A stretch of 64,000 nt of DNA, from assembly GCF_009914755.1 (NCBI RefSeq), contig NC_060929.1; one strand, 5' to 3'. Source of the stretch: the human T2T-CHM13v2.0 reference genome, Homo sapiens. Under the pieces are notes generated by a model, which was not told the DNA's origin, did not search any database, and was given only the letters and a program-made list of their open reading frames with translations. This document shows, piece after piece, positions 55,744 through 64,000 of this stretch (position 1 is its first letter; every line of letters starts with the position of its first letter). Made by a program: the position numbers and the translations under genes.

Positions 55744-58700
55744 CTATGAATAAGATTTTAAGAGATGATCTCATAGTTTTGAGGGATAATTCTAGCTAGG
55801 GAAAATGAAATGGGTTTTATGTAAGATTGTGCACAGAAGTTGTGGTAAGACATAGAGTGAACAACAACAACAACAACAAACAGATATGAGATTATGGAAA
55901 AGTGGGTAAGATACTCCCTGGGAAGGGGTCTGCGGATGTGATGAACAAAAGGTCAGGTGTGTGGAAGAAGAAATATCATGTTGACTAGAACTCAGGTTAC
56001 AAAGTTATGGGGACATAGAACATAGGCTGGAATTTCCAAGAATACTAACGGACAATTTGAATTCAACTTAAGTGAATTTCAGTTAATTTTCTAGAGGTAT
56101 TTTTGTGCTAGAGAATGGGATTATTCAAGAGATATTGTATAAACTGCTTCTGATCATTACAAAAATAAGTATAAATAAAGTCAAGGAAAAGATAAGTTTA
56201 GTGTGCTAAAGCAGTTTTCCAGCAAAGTGATTACACAGTATTGGCAGTGAAAAATAAAACATGGAGCTATATGCTAACAGTGAGTTTTTATAGAATTCAG
56301 TGTTAAACTCGCCTCAGTATGCTGTCCTTAAAGCGTAGTCATAATGTTTAATTTTTGTGTGTGTTCTGAGTTATAAACAACTAATTCATAAAGAGAATTT
56401 TGGAATACAATGTATTTACAAATCAAAAGCAGCTGCTCCATGTACTGCACTATAAGTAATGATACTTTCAAACCTTTATAAACATATTTTACTTAGATTC
56501 TGGAAAACACTGTGATATACTATAACAACTCATCAAAACTCTTTAAATAAATTTGAGATTTTATTTCTATTTCTATTTCTAATTTATATTCCATCAGTTA
56601 CTTCTACATATCAAACTGACATACCTGAAAAGCTTAAGAAAAAGTTACCTATTCGAGTCCATTATTTTATATATACTTCAGCTATATATTAATACTTAGT
56701 GCACAAACTAGCATATGTAAACGTGAAAGTGTCACTCCACCTTTTGATACACAATCAAATATAAAACAGATTCCTACCAATTTTTCTTTTGTTAACTGTG
56801 TTTCCTGTTGTTTTAGGTAACAGATAAACCAATTGTAACCATGAAGGCAGAGCTCAATCAATGTTAAAATCCCTTTCCACTCTAGAATCTATGATTACAT
56901 TCATGATTTCAGAATGGGATAACAAAAGTTTCTAAATTAAAATTATAAAGACTTGAGAGGTAACTCTGCAATAAAGATACCTTATTTAATAGTGGCTACC
57001 TATAGATGGCTCATTAGCTCCACGTTCCTTGCTCTGCACAAAGCAAGTGCTAAATACATATTTTTAAATTAAAATGTAATGGTCAATTAAGTTGATATTC
57101 CAAATTACTAAATGAATCTTCACAATTGTGAAAAATAAACACCATTTTATTCCTTGTGAAAAATAAATACTATGTCTGCTGTGTCTGGGTATTGGGTTTC
57201 TCTTCATAAAATAAATGTGGTTTAACAACCAGATATTAAAATCAAATAGGTAAATTCTATTCAATTCTCATTACTAATTGGGATATAGTTAATTGATTAT
57301 TGATCCATGATAAGCAGGGATTATTCTGGACTTTGAACTTATGTATAACAAAATAAAGTGCTATAAAGATTCTCTAACAGAATAGTAGGGACATTTGCTA
57401 TGCTTCTTGTTATTTTAATTTCTCTCCTGAGCAGTATTGCAATTCTACCTAAATAATTCAGTCACAAGTGTCTCTTCAAGTTATAGAGAAGCTAGATGAC
57501 AATTATTATGACTTTTTTTCCTTCTTGGGGAACAGTACAACATTTCGCTTATTACATAAAACAATATTTGTAAATCTCTGATAGTTTCAGTCAAGAATGA
57601 CCAACCAAATTTCAAATTGCATTATTGCGAAAAACAAAAACTTGCTATTTATTCCAACATTTCTGACTTCTCTCCTATATTGCAAATGTCTGAAATGCCA
57701 TAAAAAATTCTGCAGTATTGCCTTATTAAAATTATCTTAACTCATTTTCTTACTCTTCTAATCCATCCTGACAATGAAAGAAAACTCATTATTTCAGTTC
57801 TGTGCTCCCAACATAACTGATTTGTACAAAGGCTTTTAACAGATTATTTACATTTCATGCTGTATGCAAAAACAACCAATCCTAGAATTCTGGACCTTTC
57901 ACAGTGAAGGTCTAACTTTATCCTATTAGACCAGCCTCTTTTTTTCTTTTATTGTGCTATATACACGCAATTCTACCTTCTTAGATTTGTCCACATGCAC
58001 ATATTTATGAAAATATTTCTAGCTCTTCTTGTCCCTAATGGCAGGCCTTTCCAAAATCTTAGAAAAGACCAGAAATTTGGAGTTAAAGAAATCTTAATGA
58101 CAATGTAAATCAACCCAACAAGAATCTGAGGGTTGTCAAATTTAAACAGCTTCTAAATTATAATATTTACTACGTGTCACAATTAAGACTAAATCTTATA
58201 AGTTGCATGTTTGTGTGTATACATGTATATAATTTATTAAATTTTTCTGCACTATTTTATTTTTCTAAAACTGCTTCCTCTCAATTCAGGATCAAACCCT
58301 CGTTTTAACCTTTAAAAATATATCTTCCCAATTTCATGCAATTTTACAGCACCTGTAAATTAATATGTTGTCTATCATTTTCTATGATTCCCAGCTTCTA
58401 TAAAACTATAAAGAAACCATGTAAATTTCTTCCCATTAGAAGCTACTTAGCCTTTCCCAATCCTGGTCCGTGGTGAATACGACAGGCCTTTTCTTTACAG
58501 GGGATGCTATCAATGGATCCTGGAAGACTAGGTTGAGGTCTACCCAGGGAGACCAGAAACACTGTGGTCAAAAAGACAATCTGTGAGGTGCTCAAGAAGT
58601 TAAATCCTTATCAGAACTCATATGTTTGACTAAGTTTAGAGTTAAGGGTCCAGTTAGCCACTATATATGCAAATAAATAGTGATGTCAAAAGCCAGAAAA

Positions 58701-60865
58701 GCAGGATAAAGAGAGAGTAAATGCCCTTAATAAGTTAGTAAAAGCTAAGATGTGGTTGAAAGTCAGCCCACTTTTATAATGAACTAGCTATGTGGTAATG
58801 GAATATCTTAGATAAGTCCCTATTAAAAAAAAGAAAGAGTTTTTTCTTTAAAAAGTAGTATAAGTATTTTATTTTGCTGAGGTGTCTATTTCATATACAT
58901 ATTATTTCCTACTGGAAACATAGAAATAGTTGACAGGTGGTTTTGGTTTCATTGTATTTATTTCCCCCAAACATCTGATATTATAATGAGTGTTCCATTT
59001 GTGGTTCATAACCCCGTTGTCAAGAATAAATTGGCAAAAAATTCGCACATCCTAACTTGTCCACGCATAAATCCAAAATGCCATTTTTCCAACAAAAATG
59101 AAAAAAATATGAAAGGTAATTAAAGCTATGCATGTACATTTAGTAATTGTTTATGACAGGTTATGGAATTAATTAAAAAGGAAGCATGATTGCACACAAA
59201 ATTTTAAACTATAATGTATATTTAAAATGTGAGAACAAGAATGGTGGTCAATTTAGAAATTAATTAATGTACACTCAATTTTTAGAGGAAGTATTTTTGT
59301 TTTCAGCTTAAAATAAATGCTTGCTGTAGCGCCTTAACTGCCTTAGGATTATGAGCGACTCTTTTATCTGTGGCTATTCTTCTGTATCTGTGAATCTCCA
59401 AGGATAAAACTGATTCTGTAAGGCCCTGTGACCTCAATGTGTCCTTTATACACTTCCTTGGAGAATCGTAAGGCAATTTCACATCCTTAGACAAAAAACA
59501 TTTGCTAGCTGAACTTGAATTTCCTGATGTTAGTTATTAACTGTAGTGTGAAAAGTGATGTTAAATGAGGGATGCCTGAGGATGCCATATGACTAACCTG
59601 AGAAGAAATAACAGGCAAAAAGGAACCAGCAAGGGAACTGAATGGGGCGGAATGAGCATGACCTATGGAACCAGAAAAGAGAAATGTCAAAAGAAGAGAA
59701 AATAATAGGCTTCTGATAAAGGAGGCTGCTTTTGATTGGCCCACACACAGAAAGAAGAATTAGATCAAAATTTTGGCAATTTCACAGAGCAAATGTATTC
59801 CTGTTTTAAAAGCTACAAGCATGACATTTGTGATATTAGGCACTTGTATTCTTTTTTTTTTTTTTTTTTTTTTCATTTTTGGCCTGATCTAATTTATGTG
59901 CCTGGTGCTGTCAGTGAGTCAAACAATATGCAAACCATTACAGTCTCTCCAAGTACATATATGCCATGACTCAAAAAATAAATAAATTTATGATCTGTAG
60001 ACTGCAAGTATTTAAAATTGTTCGTTTTGTTGTAAAAATTTTAACATTCCTCAGTATTGGGTGTAAATTGGGAACAATTATAGTTAACAAATGAATTGTC
60101 CTGAGTTTAGAATAGTATGAATGTGATTGGTAAGGAAAAGGATGATAGATACATAGAAAATTATGGATGTTGGAAAGGTCACGCCACTAAAGAAAGAAAA
60201 TTGGAGAGATAATGAGCTAAAGAAAAAGAAGTCTCTAAACACCAATGAAAGAGAGGCAATGAATCTGCTTCCTCAAAATTGAACATAAGAAGGGAGTTAC
60301 ATATTCTCTATTATTGTCTGCTTCTGACTGGTAATGAGCAACTTTGTTCCTACTAACACAGAAGCTTATCTTCTTAAAGATAGTGTCTTCTTTCTCATTT
60401 TTTTAAATCTTGTCTTTATCCTTCTGCCTTAAACACTTTTGTCTAGATTACAAGCAGGAAGCAGGAAGCTCACCCTAGCAGATATTAAGAAATAGAAATA
60501 TCTAGAAGTATTTTATTTCTCATACAGAGTACACTATTCCTAATTATGAAAAACTATCAATCGATCTCAAGGAGAGTTTTATTTAGATAATACACATATG
60601 ATTAAATAATATCTAGCTGATTAATAATGAATCACATCCATCCACATATGACTTAGTAGTTTACGCTTATTATTGACATTGATTTACATTTAGAACCCAA
60701 ATATGGTTCCTTGTTCTTCCCCACTAAAATAGTTTGCAATATCACACCTTCAGAACATAATTAGTTAAATATTTTTTAATAATCACTAGTGAAAAGAAAA
60801 GTTGCTGGAAAAAAATAAATAGCTGTCACTTTCAGCTTTTAGATTTCTCATACAAAAATTCTTAC

Positions 60866-61093
60866 CTTGCCTACATATTGTGTGTCAGTACCTGTGTACT
60901 CTTCCAATAAGAAGAACTGATTCCACATCCAGCCACGCTTGGTGCGACGTAGCATTTTACCGTCATCTTTTGTCAGACCCGCTATCTTTTTGCTTGATAA
61001 ATAACTGTTAGGTTTTTCTTGTAATAGGATGGTGTCAACTGTATGGAACATATAGGTCCAGATGAATAATGGTATATAATGGTAAGTCCTCAT
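60866..61093 (-). CDS. CDH9: First coding exon portion of cadherin-9 (type II classical cadherin): signal/pro-peptide, furin site, start of EC1
   Basis: ATG at 61093; 228 nt = [53 protein letters not shown]|[27 protein letters not shown] convertase site followed by GWMW (Trp2/Trp4 of type II cadherins). Ends at AAG|GTAAG donor (phase 0). N-terminus recognised from memory as CDH9. Confidence 0.95.
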
Positions 61094-61142
61094 TATCTGC
61101 AACTTCAGTGGGTTGTCAAATTCAATGTATTGTTTGTTTTTC
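61094..61142 (-). other. CDH9: 5' UTR part (49 nt) of the same CDH9 exon
   Basis: Minus-strand acceptor ttttttttctccttactctttag|GA with AG at 61144-61143; no upstream ATG in the 49 nt before the start codon. Confidence 0.85.
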
Positions 61143-62250
61143 CTAAAGAGTAAGGAGAAAAAAAATGGCTGTATTAGCTTGAGTTTCACTTTCCCACAAC
61201 GTGTAAACTGAAATACTTATTCCAGACATTATTTAAATTTTATTATGTACTATATATACATTATATTTCTATATCAGTGAACGGTCATGAAAAACTCATT
61301 TATCACATAGATAAGTAGAAAGACATATACAACTCAAGTAGACTAAACAGGAATTTAGCAGCTAATTTAAAATTACTATAAAACAATCAGATACATATTA
61401 ATATTTTTGTAATTTAAAACACTAAATATTTTGAAAAATAAGTTCTACAGCATACATATTATCACAGCAAATGTTCCATAGTCCTTAAGACTAATAAAAG
61501 TAGAATATTTATTAACATATACATACGTGTATGAAATTACATATTTTAAAGAGTACTTCTCATAATCCATCATTTTTAGTAAACTGTTTTTCTCCTCTGC
61601 CCCCTATCTTCCTCTTTACAATCCTCCTCATCCATCAGATTGAAATGTTGCCTCAAGGCAAATTATATGGTACCAAATATACTTAGGATTGTGTCTTGCA
61701 ATACTTAGCACCATGTCGATCTTTTCCAATCAATAACTATTTTTTTCCAACAATTAATCTAGTAGGACACTCAAATTTATTTGAGACTGAGGAGTACACG
61801 CTCTAAATAAAAGCATTTTACATGGTAATTAAGAACAAATTTATTTCCTAAAATAATAAGAAAAAAATAGCATTGAAACTTGATATTGCAAAATTAGATA
61901 ACACATGTTACGTATAGGATAATCTGATCCAGAATTTTGAAACAATGTCTCCCTGTTAATATAATAAGTTGATTATTCTTGGATGAAAATCATTGTTCAC
62001 TTGGTATTTCAGAATTGATTTTATTTGTTATCAAATTGGTTTTAATTTGTATGATACTTAATTTAGAAGATGTGAGATGATAATGGCTATGATCTATTAA
62101 GCAATGGAAATTAATCTCAAACTAGTAGGCAAAAAAGTCATTGGGTTATACAATCAAATTAAGTGTGGAAAAGAAAATAACAAAAGGAGCAAAGAAGCAG
62201 TTCGGCATTTCCTTATCATGAAAACTAGAATTAGGGGCTTGAGTATTATA

Positions 62251-62262
62251 TTCTCTCTCTCT

Positions 62263-62305
<43 letters not shown>

Positions 62306-62308
62306 TTC
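62251..62308. repeat. (TC)n microsatellite
   Basis: Imperfect tctctc run. Confidence 0.95.
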
Positions 62309-62539
62309 ATTTTCTCTTTCACCCTGACTAAACCCCCTCAACCTGAATAAATTGTGTGGGTGATAATATCTCCTGAATTCAGATATAAAATCTTCAATTT
62401 CAAAAAGCAACTGATAGTCTTTTCTAATTGGAGTTTTAAAAATCCTGGGAATGGACTCTGATTTACCTTGTTTAAGCCAGAAACCCAATGTTGGACCAAG
62501 CATCTATGAATTCAGTAATGGGAATAACAAGGTATAAAG

Positions 62540-62830
62540 GTCAAATATAAGGATCTAGCTTGGCTTTGTGCCCTACTGTCTGTGATATTTTCAAATACGG
62601 ACCTATATCACTTGGTCTTCATTAATACCTGACCCACAAGGTATTGTTGTTGATTTTATTTTACACTTTTATCAATACAAAGTAATAGTCGTGTACATTG
62701 CAGTGACTTATTTTATTTTGACGATAGCAAATCTGAGGTGTGATGAGTTTAAGTAACATGACAAAAGTCATGCAAGTAATAAGTATTAGAACCAGGTTTC
62801 AGACACACAGACTTAAACACCGTTTTTAAT
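62540..62830. mobile_element. MIR relics
   Basis: gcaaatctgaggtgtgatgagtttaagtaacatgacaaaagtcatgcaagtaataagtattagaaccagg (MIR core). Confidence 0.6.
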
Positions 62831-62889
62831 ATAAGACAATGCATGTAGAAGAGTTATCACAGTGCTAGCACAAAACTCAACATATTAGC

Positions 62890-62945
62890 ATTATCATCAT
62901 GATCATCACAACCATCATCATTATCATTGTCATCATCAAGCATCG
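62890..62945. repeat. Degenerate (CAT)n
   Basis: ttatcatcatgatcatcacaaccatcatcattatcattgtcatcatc. Confidence 0.8.
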
Positions 62946-63699
62946 TTGCTCATATTATAGGCATAGAGACATGGGTCCAACTCAGCAGAAAGAAGAATGG
63001 TAATTGGCAGGTGGTATTATAGATTCTTGCTATGGTCTAGAGCTACAGGTTCTGTCCAACACATCTATGTACCTTGATTTCCATGCCTATTATTTTAAAA
63101 ATTGGTCACTCTTAGCTCTTAATGCAAACATATGGTTACAAATATATGCTGCTCTTAATACATATATATGGTTAAGTTCCAGAATTACAGTAATACAAAA
63201 TTACACCATTTTTCAATGCTGAAATCTCAGGTCATGGTTATTATCATCAGGACTTTATGTGGCTATTTGTAATCCTGTAAACTGTGGAATAATTGGTAAA
63301 TTTGACCACAGCCAATATAAAACCCGGAATTAGATATCAGAAATTTAAAATGTTAAATAATGCTTAGAAAAATGTGCAATGGAAGAGTAACACTTAGTGG
63401 TCACTGGCCCAGAACATGCCCCATGTTTTGTAGCTGAGTGATGCTGTAGTGGAAAATGAACAGCCAGAGAATCTCAAGGACAGCTGTTATCTTACTTTGA
63501 TAAAATACAACAAACTCCTTAGTTGACCACACTGGTTACCCTGGTTTCTTCCCACTGGTAGAATTTGTTTTGATCATTGACCTTGCTTATAACCCTTGCC
63601 AGAGAAATCAAAGGGTATTCTCCATTTCCTGGGGTCAGTTCTAACTATGATGCCCATTTTGTGTGGAACATAGGCCTTTGAGCGGAATAATCTAGTTTT

Positions 63700-64000
63700 A
63701 TGAGATGGGGCAATAGACTTAGGCAGGGGCTAGGATCCCATAGGAGTTTATAAACTACAGTAAGAAATTCTCATTCATTTTCAGTGCGATTGAAAGCAGT
63801 TGGAAGATTTTAACATTATATGTTTAGAAAAGATCAACTGGTGCAGACTAGAAAATAGGTTAGAGGGCAGGAAAGCGATTTGGTTAAGAGAGAGATCAGT
63901 TAGGGTCTTTTACTTCTAGTCCGGTAAGAGATGATGAAGGCATATAGAGAAGTGGTTTGAAGTAGACACTGAAACGCTGCTCAGATTCCCTTTGATCCTT
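63700..64000 (-). mobile_element. L2 relic
   Basis: gaaagcagttggaagattttaa...tgtttagaaaagatcaactgg...gatcagttagg...ccggtaagagatgatgaagg. Confidence 0.65.

Noticed and set aside
60848-61189. 113-aa ORF extending the cadherin exon on both sides
   Set aside because: The extension starts at a non-ATG codon in the upstream intron and reads through the GTAAG donor; true coding part is 60866..61093.

Overview
AT-rich, repeat-dense primate (human-like) genomic DNA. The only supportable protein-coding segment is one minus-strand exon at 60866..61142 (CDS 60866..61093, 76 codons). It encodes the signal/pro-peptide, furin site and N-terminal GWMW of a type II classical cadherin that I recognise as CDH9. 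Everything else is intron: >60 kb downstream and ~2.9 kb upstream of the exon. The intron holds ~18 Alus, many L1 fragments, MaLR LTRs (THE1/MST/MLT1), an LTR16-like LTR, Tigger MITEs (MER8/MER2), MIR/L2 relics and microsatellites. Nearly all ORFs in the supplied track are repeat-derived or random. I found no new protein-coding system. The most unusual signals are: (1) a ~4.7 kb heavily decayed class III (ERVL-like) provirus with its RT core deleted and a possible env relic; (2) fossil templated-insertion scars, including a ~620 bp complex insert splitting an L1MA, a telomere-like insert between 19-bp direct repeats, and two short dispersed duplications that each copy a transposon junction; (3) two candidate recursive-splicing motifs on the CDH9 strand. 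Repeat subfamily names and most repeat boundaries were assigned by eye and are approximate.
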